A stretch of DNA of 64,000 bases from Patescibacteria group bacterium (lineage in GTDB: Bacteria > Patescibacteriota > Minisyncoccia > Phycocordibacterales > Phycocordibacteraceae): positions 2,709 to 66,708 of the forward strand of contig SCTS01000003.1 of assembly GCA_004322365.1 (NCBI GenBank). The letters are read 5' to 3'. Every line of letters begins with the position of its first letter. Position 1 is the stretch's first letter. The notes under the pieces were generated by a model that was given only the letters and a program-made list of their open reading frames with translations, ran no database searches and was not told the DNA's origin. Below are positions 39,077-49,061 of the stretch, piece by piece. A program made the translations under genes and the position numbers.

Positions 39077-39340
39077 CAAACAAAAACTAACCGCGCAAGC
39101 GATTATTTTTGTTTGTGCTCTCGAGGATGTCTGGGAGACATCCGTGCAGGAATCGAATACCTTGCGAGCATTTTTTCTGAACTTCCGAAAAAACCACGTA
39201 CTCCAAGAGTCATTCTGCTGAATGAGGTGTACAGCTCCTGTAAAGGGACTTTTCAGAAACTGCGTTCGGACGAAATGAAAACTGCGTTTTCGTTTCGCTC
39301 CTCGCTTGTTTCTGTAAGGAGAGACTCCTGGTGAGAGCAC
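39060..39340. mobile_element. tRNA-3'-anchored structured insert with 18-bp direct repeat
   Basis: GACTCCTGGTGAGAGCAC at 39060-39077 and 39323-39340; internal antisense TGTGCTCTC...CAGGAATCGAA. Confidence 0.72.
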
Positions 39341-39411
39341 TCTTCAACTCCTTTCGTTCGCTCAGTGCAACAACTTACAGCGATTATTTTTCTAAGCACT
39401 ACAAAAAGCCT

Positions 39412-39449
39412 GTATAGTATAAATTAACGACCGTTAACTTATACTATAC
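39412..39449. repeat. 38-bp palindrome family, copy 1
   Basis: GTATAGTATAAATTAACGACCGTTAACTTATACTATAC. Confidence 0.9.
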
Positions 39450-39509
39450 CGAGTAAGATGGGTAGTATTTTGTTTAATGCTTTAATTTTGGGCGGTATAT
39501 AATAAAAAA

Positions 39510-40088
39510 ATGAAAGATCGATCATACCGAAAACCTCTGATGCCTGAAAATGCGAAGCGTGTTTTTGAAGGTGAAATTTTTGACATGTATCAGTGGGAAC
39601 AAGGGCTCTACGATGGAACTTCTGCAACTTTTGAAAAAGGTTCTCGTCCCGATACCGCGATCGTTTTTCCTATTATGGAAGACGGACAGATTTTGATAAT
39701 TGAAGACTCGCAACCTCATCGAGAGACAGTTCTTACTACTGTTGCAGGCAGGATAGAGTTTAACGAAACTCCTGAAGAGGCTGCCAAGCGGGAACTCTTG
39801 GAAGAGACAGGTTATGAAGCAAATACATGGGAATCTTTTTACACAGTTACCCCAGTCGAGAAACTTGATTGGGTTAATTATGTTTTTATCGCAAAAGGAT
39901 GTAGAAAAGTAAAAGATCAACAGCCTGACGCAGGGGAGAAAATAACTGTACGCTCAGTCACATTTGAGGAACTTATTTCACTTGCTTCGGAAGGGGAGTT
40001 GCGGGGCAGGGATTTCAGAATCATGGTACTTCAGGCAATGTTAAATCCTGAAAAAATGAAAGATTTACGAAAGAGGTTTGCCAACTAG
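39510..40088 (+). CDS. NUDIX hydrolase
   Basis: GRIEFNETPEEAAKRELLEETGY Nudix box. Confidence 0.92.
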   Translation: MKDRSYRKPLMPENAKRVFEGEIFDMYQWEQGLYDGTSATFEKGSRPDTAIVFPIMEDGQILIIEDSQPHRETVLTTVAGRIEFNETPEEAAKRELLEETGYEANTWESFYTVTPVEKLDWVNYVFIAKGCRKVKDQQPDAGEKITVRSVTFEELISLASEGELRGRDFRIMVLQAMLNPEKMKDLRKRFAN

Positions 40089-40193
40089 AGGTGGTATCAC
40101 GGAACCATGGCATGGTTGAAGTCGGGGTTTGCGCTTTTTCAAACAAACATCCCAGTAAAAAAGTCATTCGTAGCGATGTTGTACACTTAAGGA

Positions 40194-40925
40194 GTGTACA
40201 CGACGCTCATATATAAGACGCCGTTCTGGAAAGAGGCCCTTATGGTGTTCATCGCATTTGCATTTATCGGGGTCGGGATGTTAGGCGTGTATGTGGCTTA
40301 CGCAGACGGCAAGTGGGTTGGGTATCTAATCGGACTAATCGCTATTCCGTTAGGTGTTATTGGTGCCATTTTGTCGGTCAGTAGTCGTACAGTGCTGAGG
40401 CTCGATGCAGGTGGTGTATTCGTACAGCCACACTTCCTCTCAAAGCAGACAATCTCGTGGAGCAATATAGAACGGTTCGAAAAATCCATTCAAACATTCA
40501 GCCAGAAGGACCGTTTCGGGTCGAGCGAACATAAGATGGCATACCTTGGAATTTATTTAAAACAGCCACGTGAAGCAGGTGTTGCGTTCGAGGTTGCTCA
40601 AACAGTATTTGAAAATATTGATGCAAAGAATGCTAAGGATCCGCTCATTGCAAAGCAACGGCAGGGACACATTTTTATTTCCGAACTCCTCCTCCCAGGG
40701 AACATCGATACTGTGCTTCGTGAAGTACGCGAATACCATGTGCATATGGTGGGGAACTCGGTTCATTATGAGTCCACGGAGATCTTTCCAAGTACCAAGG
40801 GGTCGTTCAAGCCGTCGATATACATGATCGTAGCCGGAATTGCAGTCGCTGCATTCCTTCTTCTATTTCTCCTTTCATTCATAACTGGCATGACACCAGA
40901 ACGCTTACTCAACTCAGTTTTCTAA
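40194..40925 (+). CDS. Membrane protein (2 TM, putative bacterial PH-like domain, C-terminal TM)
   Basis: LRLDAGGV...ISWSNI pattern after two TM helices. Confidence 0.55.
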   Translation: MYTTLIYKTPFWKEALMVFIAFAFIGVGMLGVYVAYADGKWVGYLIGLIAIPLGVIGAILSVSSRTVLRLDAGGVFVQPHFLSKQTISWSNIERFEKSIQTFSQKDRFGSSEHKMAYLGIYLKQPREAGVAFEVAQTVFENIDAKNAKDPLIAKQRQGHIFISELLLPGNIDTVLREVREYHVHMVGNSVHYESTEIFPSTKGSFKPSIYMIVAGIAVAAFLLLFLLSFITGMTPERLLNSVF

Positions 40926-41027
40926 TCAATACTAAAACGTAAAAGGGTAGTCTACTAGGAGATGGTTTTTCACGTCTGATTTTTTGACGCAATGAACAAA
41001 AAATTACTATCTATTCTGGAGAGTTTT

Positions 41028-41531
41028 TCACCAAGCCCATTTCACTGATACAAAAGCAATTGCGAGAATACTAAGAAGAGTAATTCCTTGTAGTGCCATT
41101 AATATATATTTATGTGAACGCGCGACATGCGATTTTCTTTTGAGGTAGGCATGCCAGCCTTGATGAATTAAAATTATATTTCCAGTCAGTGCAAAAATGA
41201 GTATTAAGGCAGAGGTGTTTGCGGTGAGCGTTAATGCGTCAAATCCGTAGAGAGCTACACCCGCCCCCACTCCAGCAAATAGTATGTCCAGTAGTGCATT
41301 TTCTGCATCCTCTACGAGGCCAGCCCCAAACTCAAGAGCTTCGTAGAGTACTGCTCCACCAGTGATTGCTATAAAAGCGTAGAGAGTCGGCATCTCTAGA
41401 AACCACGCGAATGCTCCGAAGGTTAATCCAGAAAGTAGGTGCACGAGCGACCAGAAGTCAGCATAGCGACCATGCGCCCACCCGAAGTTTACTAGTTTTG
41501 AAGCCGTGCGTTCAAAGTTCAATTTCAGCAT
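41028..41531 (-). CDS. Hypothetical membrane protein (HxxxG...E...E...D pattern)
   Basis: DFWSLVHLLSG, YEALE, E..ENALLD; TATACT upstream of ATG 41531. Confidence 0.6.
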   Translation of the reverse strand: MLKLNFERTASKLVNFGWAHGRYADFWSLVHLLSGLTFGAFAWFLEMPTLYAFIAITGGAVLYEALEFGAGLVEDAENALLDILFAGVGAGVALYGFDALTLTANTSALILIFALTGNIILIHQGWHAYLKRKSHVARSHKYILMALQGITLLSILAIAFVSVKWAW

Positions 41532-41606
41532 CTTCTCCCTAGTATACCTTTTCATCCTAAAATATCGTGGTATTCTTTGCGCGTATTCTAAAAAGAAGAA
41601 ATACCT

Positions 41607-42125
41607 ATGGACGAAAAACAATTGAACGGGGAGATACGTACTGAAAAGACTCCACGCACGGTGTATTTTTTTGAGTACCTGACACGTTGGACTGGTTCCA
41701 TCCCATCATTGATTGTTCACACAATTCTTTTTGGCGGTGCTTTTGCTTTAGGTTTTCTACATATAGCTCCATGGGATTCTGTGCTTTTAGTATTGACGAC
41801 ATTAGTTTCTTTAGAGGCAATCTATCTTTCTTTACTCATTCAAATGACAGTCAATAGACATTCCGAAAGCTTGAAGGAGGTCGGGGAAGACGTCGAAGGC
41901 ATTCAGGAGGACATTGAGGAGATTACCGAAGACGTCGAAGGCATTCAGGAGGACATTGAGGAGATTACCGAAGACGTCGAAGGCATTCAGGAAGATGTTG
42001 AAGAAATGACTGAAGAAGATGCTGAAGACGCAGAATTGGAAAAGCGTCACCTCGTGAGCCTAGAGCAGTTAACAAAAGATGTGCAACGGGTCTTACAGGA
42101 CTTGGAAAAATTCAAGAAACAGTGA
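41607..42125 (+). CDS. DUF1003-like membrane protein with acidic heptad tail
   Basis: GS...LIVHT, LTTLVSLEAIYLSLLIQMTVNR. Confidence 0.7.
   Translation: MDEKQLNGEIRTEKTPRTVYFFEYLTRWTGSIPSLIVHTILFGGAFALGFLHIAPWDSVLLVLTTLVSLEAIYLSLLIQMTVNRHSESLKEVGEDVEGIQEDIEEITEDVEGIQEDIEEITEDVEGIQEDVEEMTEEDAEDAELEKRHLVSLEQLTKDVQRVLQDLEKFKKQ
41886..42011 (+). repeat. Coding tandem repeat, 42 bp x3 (EDVEGIQEDIEEIT)
   Basis: Two identical units plus one diverged unit. Confidence 0.9.
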
Positions 42126-42126
42126 G

Positions 42127-42170
42127 AGGTCAGGTGTTAGGTGTTAGGTGTCAGGTTCCAGGTGCCAGCT
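42127..42170. repeat. Degenerate heptamer tract (AGGTGTY-type)
   Basis: aggtc aggtgtt aggtgtt aggtgtc aggttcc aggtgcc. Confidence 0.8.
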
Positions 42171-42252
42171 TTTTCTACCTCTAATTTCAAAGTCAGAAGC
42201 TAAAGGCTATTTAGGCTAGCCCCGAGAGGTTCGGAGTGTTAGAGTATTTGCA

Positions 42253-43005
42253 ATGGAATCTAAAATTCATATCTCGCTGAAAGCGGATTCGTTTGGAACT
42301 CTGTGGGGTATGCCCATCACAAGCAGTCTGCTTATGACATGGTTGGCAATGGGAATCCTCTTCCTTTTCGTGTTTCTGTTTAGGCGCTCCATTGCCCTTA
42401 TACCGGGAAAACTGCAAGCAATGCTTGAGTGGGCGATTGAAGGCGCGATGGCATACATGACCGAGACCCTTGAAGATGCGAAGCTCGCTCGACGTTTTTT
42501 CCCACTCATAGCAACGCTCTTTCTCTTTATTCTGACCATCAACGAACTCGCGTTCTTCCCTGGTGTAGGAAGCGTAGGATTCTTTACTGAGCACGGATTC
42601 GCGCCACTACTCCGCCCTTCAACTGCCGACCTCAATACAACACTCGCCCTTACCCTCATCTCAGTTATTATTGTTGAAATCACTGGTGTGGTAGCGCTGG
42701 GATTTTTCCGTTATACAGGGAAATTCATAAATTTCTCGTCCCCACTTAATTTTGTTGTTGGTTTAATTGAATTAGTAAGCGAACTGGGACGCTTGGTGTC
42801 GTTGTCGTTTCGTCTTTTCGGTAACATATTTGCGGGTGAGGTTTTGATTGCGGTGATTGCGCTGTTCGTGCCGTATATTATGCCTATCCCATTTATGCTC
42901 TTCGAAATTTTTGTTGGTTTTGTTCAAGCTGTTATCTTCTCTTTACTGACTTTGTTTTTCATCAAACTTGCGGTTACGCCCCCTCATGCGAGCGAAGCTC
43001 ATTAA
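42253..43005 (+). CDS. atpB: ATP synthase F0 subunit a
   Basis: PSTADLNTT, SLSFRLFGNIFAGE, VQAVIF. Confidence 0.95.
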   Translation: MESKIHISLKADSFGTLWGMPITSSLLMTWLAMGILFLFVFLFRRSIALIPGKLQAMLEWAIEGAMAYMTETLEDAKLARRFFPLIATLFLFILTINELAFFPGVGSVGFFTEHGFAPLLRPSTADLNTTLALTLISVIIVEITGVVALGFFRYTGKFINFSSPLNFVVGLIELVSELGRLVSLSFRLFGNIFAGEVLIAVIALFVPYIMPIPFMLFEIFVGFVQAVIFSLLTLFFIKLAVTPPHASEAH

Positions 43006-43107
43006 AACTGAGGAAAACCAGCCTCAATTGCTAGCCTAGTGAGGGGAAATTGGTGTATACTAGCGAGGTAATTATCAAGCCGTAAGGCATTATTTTGTAT
43101 TAATTAA

Positions 43108-43341
<234 letters not shown>

Positions 43342-43369
43342 TTGGTTTGATTTAGAAGGAATCTAAAAT

Positions 43370-43816
43370 ATGGGAGAGCTATTTGCTACATTCGGTCTTG
43401 ATGTACGACTGCTTGTTATTCAAGCAGTGAATTTTGGCATCACACTCGTTATACTTTGGTACTTTTTGTATCGACCACTTCTTCGGATAATTGGTGAACG
43501 AAAAGAGAAGATTGCGAAAGGTGTCCGTGATGCCGAAGCAGCAGCTTTCGCTGTTACGGAAATTGAAGAAAAGCGTACTTCAATGCTTTCTGCCACAGAG
43601 CGTGAGGCACAAGGCTTGGTTGAGCGTGCAACTCTCGAGGGTAAGGATGAGCGTGCAAAAATCATAAAAACTGCACAAGAAAGAAGCGACGCAATACTTG
43701 CCGATGCTAAAGCGGAGGCTGTGGAAATGCAACGCCGTGCTCTTGCCGAGTCTGAGAAGGAAATGACTCGTTTGGCAGTGCTTGCTGCAGAAAAAATTCT
43801 TCGAAAACAATCATAA
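43370..43816 (+). CDS. atpF: ATP synthase F0 subunit b
   Basis: QAVNF..L..FLYRP..II.ER..KI, coiled coil, operon position. Confidence 0.92.
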   Translation: MGELFATFGLDVRLLVIQAVNFGITLVILWYFLYRPLLRIIGERKEKIAKGVRDAEAAAFAVTEIEEKRTSMLSATEREAQGLVERATLEGKDERAKIIKTAQERSDAILADAKAEAVEMQRRALAESEKEMTRLAVLAAEKILRKQS

Positions 43817-43822
43817 ACCACC

Positions 43823-44206
43823 ATGTCACTTGCTAATGCCTATGCTTCAGTTATTAATGAAACTCCACAAGAGCTTCAAAATGCTGATTTTACTTTGAAG
43901 TTGCTTGCGTTTATGCGTGCACGAGGACACATGTCACTTCTTTCTGAGATTGTGCAAATACTAGAAAATAAACCAAAAGAGGCTGACGCAGTAGTGACTG
44001 TTGCTCACGGGGCAGATTTGAAAGAATTTGCATCTGAAATAAAATCTGCTCTCTCTACATTAGGGGCGGATGCAAAAATACACCGCACCATCGTTGATGC
44101 CCGTGCTGTGGGTGGCTATTCAGTGCGCGCAGGTTCTCAAATAATCGACAACACCTTTAGAACAGCGCTCGTCGACATTTATCAAAAAACAGTAGGTAGT
44201 AGATAA
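43823..44206 (+). CDS. atpH: ATP synthase delta subunit (short form)
   Basis: VD...VGGYSVRAGSQIIDNT, operon position. Confidence 0.8.
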   Translation: MSLANAYASVINETPQELQNADFTLKLLAFMRARGHMSLLSEIVQILENKPKEADAVVTVAHGADLKEFASEIKSALSTLGADAKIHRTIVDARAVGGYSVRAGSQIIDNTFRTALVDIYQKTVGSR

Positions 44207-44282
44207 TCGGTAGCGCACTTTAAAGCTCGTTACTTACCATTTACTACATACTTTAAACTTGTTACTAACTTACTAATCTCAT

Positions 44283-45842
44283 ATGGACATCAGCATCATT
44301 GAACGCCTCAAGAGAGAAATTGAATCCTTTGCACCAAATGCAAAGCCAACTGAAACGGGCATCGTGCGCAAGGTGGGTGATGGCATTGTTGAGATAGAAG
44401 GTTTGGATGAAGTGTCGATGGCCGAGATGGTTCGCTTTGACGAAGGTTCGGTATCTGATGTGAAAGCAACTATCGCACATGAGGATACACTCTACGGCGT
44501 TGTGTTGAACTTGGAAGAGAATACTGTAAAGGCAATCATCCTTGGAGATTCTTCCCGCATTAAAGAGGGAATGCTTGTGCATCGCACAAAGAAACTTCTT
44601 TCAATACCAGTTGGAGATGCAGTGATTGGTCGCATCGTTGATGCACTTGGAGTTCCTATAGATGGGAAAGGCCCAATCAAGGCGGATGCCACGAGTCCTA
44701 TTGAGCGCGAGGCGTACGGCGTTATTGATAGAGGTCCTGTGAATGTGCCAATGCACACCGGCATTAAAGCAATTGACTCACTGATTCCTATCGGCCGCGG
44801 ACAGCGCGAACTCATCATTGGTGACAGAGGCACTGGTAAAACAACGGTTGCTATTGATGCAATTTTGAACCAACTCAATGAACCAAAGGAGACACGCCCT
44901 ATTTGTGTATATGTCGCTATTGGTCAAAAAGAATCAAAGACTGCCCGCATTGCAGCAATGCTTAAAGAGCGCGGTGCGATGGATTACACCATTATGGTAT
45001 CAGCTCCAGCATCAGCGTCAGCAGCATTCCAATTCTTGGCACCGTACGCGGGTGTAACTTTGGGTGAATATTTCATGGATAAAGGCAGAGATGTGTTGGT
45101 TATCTATGACGATCTTTCCAAGCAAGCTGTTGCGTACCGACAACTCTCTCTTCTCCTTCGTCGTCCTCCTGGACGCGAGGCATACCCTGGAGACATTTTC
45201 TACCTCCACTCAAGACTTTTGGAACGAGCTGCAAAACTTTCTCCTGAAAAAGGAGGAGGCTCTCTTACGGCACTTCCTATTATTGAAACGCAAGAAGGTG
45301 ACATCTCGGCATACATTCCAACCAATGTTATTTCTATTACTGATGGTCAGATGTTCTTGGAAGCGGATCTTTTCAACAAAGGAACGCGCCCTGCTATCAA
45401 TGTAGGTATTTCAGTTTCTCGTGTCGGTTCCGCTGCTCAAACAAAAGCTATGAAGAAGGTGTCGGGACGCATCAAGCTCGACCTCGCACAGTTCCGTGAA
45501 CTTGAGGCATTCATGCAGTTCTCCCAAGACCTTGATGCTGAAACAAAGAAGACTATCGATGGTGGTCGCCGTCTTTCAGCAATCTTGAACCAAAACAAAA
45601 ACGCCCCAATTCCATTTGAGCGACAAGTCGTTGTCATGTACGCAGTCACGAACGGTTTCTTTGATGCCTTTGGTGCAGAGCAGATGGGTGAGATAGAGGC
45701 GAAGTTTCTTGCATATCTCGACAGGGAAGCAAAGGGAGTTCTTGAAGCTATCCGCACATCTAAAGAAATAGCTAAAGACACAGAAGAAAAATTGAAGAGC
45801 GCTATTCAATCGTTTGTTTCAACTGTAGATGTGAAAAGCTAA
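44283..45842 (+). CDS. atpA: ATP synthase F1 alpha subunit
   Basis: GDRGTGKT, RRPPGREAYPGD, SRVGSAAQ. Confidence 0.97.
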   Translation: MDISIIERLKREIESFAPNAKPTETGIVRKVGDGIVEIEGLDEVSMAEMVRFDEGSVSDVKATIAHEDTLYGVVLNLEENTVKAIILGDSSRIKEGMLVHRTKKLLSIPVGDAVIGRIVDALGVPIDGKGPIKADATSPIEREAYGVIDRGPVNVPMHTGIKAIDSLIPIGRGQRELIIGDRGTGKTTVAIDAILNQLNEPKETRPICVYVAIGQKESKTARIAAMLKERGAMDYTIMVSAPASASAAFQFLAPYAGVTLGEYFMDKGRDVLVIYDDLSKQAVAYRQLSLLLRRPPGREAYPGDIFYLHSRLLERAAKLSPEKGGGSLTALPIIETQEGDISAYIPTNVISITDGQMFLEADLFNKGTRPAINVGISVSRVGSAAQTKAMKKVSGRIKLDLAQFRELEAFMQFSQDLDAETKKTIDGGRRLSAILNQNKNAPIPFERQVVVMYAVTNGFFDAFGAEQMGEIEAKFLAYLDREAKGVLEAIRTSKEIAKDTEEKLKSAIQSFVSTVDVKS

Positions 45843-45871
45843 AACCTAGCACCTGAAACCTGACACCTAAA
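45834..45871. repeat. Degenerate heptamer tract (reverse orientation)
   Basis: aaaagct aaaacct agcacct gaaacct gacacct. Confidence 0.75.
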
Positions 45872-45876
45872 ATCCC

Positions 45877-46794
45877 ATGTCTCTCAAGGATATAAAAATC
45901 AAAATAAAATCTGTTGACCGTACTCGTAAAGTTACGAAGGCAATGGAGTCTGTTTCTGCGGTAAAGATGCGCAAAAGCCAGATACGCGCAATTACTTCAC
46001 GACCATACGCTTCTTCCGCGCTTTCTATTTTGGAACGCATGAGTGTTTCTCTCTCATCTCTCAAACACCCGTTGACAGTTGTGCGCCCTGTTAAAAAAGC
46101 TGCCATTGTTGTAGTGACAAGCGATAAAGGTTTGTGCGGAATATTAAATGCTGCTGTTGTGAAATCCGCCTACACGCTTGCGGAATCACTTGAAATCCCG
46201 CGTGAAGCAATTTCTATCTATGCTTTTGGACGCAAAGGGGCCGAGTTTTTTGATCGCCGTGGATATCAAATTTTAGGAAAATTTGAAAACGTTTCCGACG
46301 ATGTTTCTGTTGCTGATTTGGCGCTGGTATCAAACGATATTGCGCGAGCGTTTCTAAGTAAAGAGTTTGATCGTGTTGATGTTGTATACACGAATTTCAA
46401 ATCAACCTTTGAGCAAAGTGCTATTGCCCACAAGGTACTACCGCTTTCGATTGAAACAGTTTCTGAAATAGTAAGTGGCATTGCTCCAGTGAAAGGAAAA
46501 TTTGCTGTAACAGAGCGAGTGAAAGGCCCTGCATCATACACGGCAGAGCCATCTCAAGAGGTGGTTGTCGATGCTTTGATTCCACGCTTGGTAAGTGTTC
46601 TTTTCTTTCATGCACTTCTGGAGTCTAAAGCATCCGAGCACTCAGCTCGAATGGTTGCTATGAAGAATGCATCTGATAAATCCCGTGACCTCTCAAAGTT
46701 GCTGACGAGAAAGTACAATAAAGCTCGTCAGGCGCTTATTACCAGAGAAGTTTCCGAGATTGTCGGAGGTATTGAGGCGATGGCGACTAGTTAG
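45877..46794 (+). CDS. atpG: ATP synthase F1 gamma subunit
   Basis: KVTKAME, SDKGLCG, SEHSARMVAMKNA, RQALITRE. Confidence 0.97.
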   Translation: MSLKDIKIKIKSVDRTRKVTKAMESVSAVKMRKSQIRAITSRPYASSALSILERMSVSLSSLKHPLTVVRPVKKAAIVVVTSDKGLCGILNAAVVKSAYTLAESLEIPREAISIYAFGRKGAEFFDRRGYQILGKFENVSDDVSVADLALVSNDIARAFLSKEFDRVDVVYTNFKSTFEQSAIAHKVLPLSIETVSEIVSGIAPVKGKFAVTERVKGPASYTAEPSQEVVVDALIPRLVSVLFFHALLESKASEHSARMVAMKNASDKSRDLSKLLTRKYNKARQALITREVSEIVGGIEAMATS

Positions 46795-46827
46795 AAAGAA
46801 TAGAAGAACTAATGTAAAATCAAAAAC

Positions 46828-47010
46828 ATGGCATCCCCAGAAAGAAAAGGAGCATTAGATATCTTTAATCTTCCGGGTCGCGGGCGACTTGGTTTGGCAG
46901 GAGGAATGGGCGGAGGCGGAGGCTCATACAGACCTGAACCAGTAAGCCGTCGTGACAATGTGGTAAAGCTGGATGATTTTAGAAAATTGAAGGAAGATAC
47001 GAATCAGTAA
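46828..47010 (+). CDS. Small Gly-rich orphan ORF inside atp operon
   Basis: 60-aa ORF filling the atpG-atpD gap; TAAAAT 7 nt before ATG. Confidence 0.55.
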   Translation: MASPERKGALDIFNLPGRGRLGLAGGMGGGGGSYRPEPVSRRDNVVKLDDFRKLKEDTNQ

Positions 47011-47035
47011 ACTCACAAAATTTAATTTACAATAA

Positions 47036-48415
<1,380 letters not shown>

Positions 48416-48421
48416 TGGCCT

Positions 48422-48562
48422 ATGTTAAGAGATCGTCAACCTACGCTTCGAGAAAAACCTCTAAATCCGCTTGAAACGTATATTTCTTTCATGCGGAGAG
48501 TGAGTTCACCTCTCATGGAGTGGTTGCTTCCCGATGCATTACCTGCGAAAAAACAAAAATAA
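48422..48562 (+). CDS. Small orphan ORF (46 aa) between atpD and atpC
   Basis: MLRDRQPTLREKPLNPLETYISFMRRVSSPLMEWLLPDALPAKKQK; 6 nt and 5 nt from neighbours. Confidence 0.5.
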   Translation: MLRDRQPTLREKPLNPLETYISFMRRVSSPLMEWLLPDALPAKKQK

Positions 48563-48567
48563 TTTTT

Positions 48568-48798
48568 ATGTTGGTTGTTATTGCAAAAGTTCATGAGAAT
48601 CTTTTTTCGGGAGAAGCACTCTCGCTTTCTGCTATGACCACAGAAGGGAAGCTGACGATACTTCCAAAACATGAACCATTTGTAGCAAACCTGAAAGCAG
48701 GAGAAGTGGTAGTAAAAACAACTTCAGGGGAAGAGAGGTTTGATATTACTGAAGGAGTTCTTGAGGTGTCTAACAATCAAGTAACGGTACTTTTGTAG
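48568..48798 (+). CDS. atpC: ATP synthase epsilon subunit, N-terminal domain only
   Basis: EGKLTILPKHEPFVANLKAG, GVLEV..N.VTVL then stop. Confidence 0.85.
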   Translation: MLVVIAKVHENLFSGEALSLSAMTTEGKLTILPKHEPFVANLKAGEVVVKTTSGEERFDITEGVLEVSNNQVTVLL

Positions 48799-48837
48799 GT
48801 TTCTTGACAAAACTGTATTTTGGAGTATAAGTAGTAG

Positions 48838-49002
48838 ATGGCAAGCAAAAAAGAACGAGTAAAACGAGAACGAGTAATACTTTGTAGTCACCTATATTGT
48901 ATATTTCCAGGTCGGCACAAATGCTTTAATTGTGAGGGTATGTACTGTGCTGGTCACTTAGCAATTCACTTAATGATTAGTAGGTGTTCTTCTATAAGAT
49001 AG
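48838..49002 (+). CDS. Micro-protein with AN1/B-box-like Cys/His pattern (54 aa)
   Basis: C-x4-C-x7-C-x2-C-x4-C-x2-H-x3-H; own promoter TTGACA(48804)-16 nt-TATAAG. Confidence 0.6.
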   Translation: MASKKERVKRERVILCSHLYCIFPGRHKCFNCEGMYCAGHLAIHLMISRCSSIR

Positions 49003-49025
49003 GAGTAGAATTTTCAGAAGCATCT

Positions 49026-49052
49026 AAAAAGCAACAGATAGTTGCTTTTTTT
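49026..49052. terminator. Bidirectional terminator between convergent genes
   Basis: AAAAAGCAAC-agata-GTTGCTTTTTTT. Confidence 0.75.
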
Positions 49053-49061
49053 ATACAAGAT

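Noticed and set aside
38575-39340. ORFs 38575-38859, 38660-39340 and 38900-39334 in the track
   Set aside because: They overlap clear tRNA genes and structured non-coding inserts and show no protein motifs.
39412-39449. dif, parS or integron attC identity of the 38-bp palindrome
   Set aside because: No match to those consensus sequences, no RYYYAAC/GTTRRRY ends, and no integrase in the window.
40107-40190. 27-codon ORF MAWLKSGFALFQTN...
   Set aside because: Too short, no motif; cannot be distinguished from chance or a remnant.
41886-42011. Possible CRISPR array
   Set aside because: Head-to-tail in-frame coding repeats with no spacers and no cas genes.
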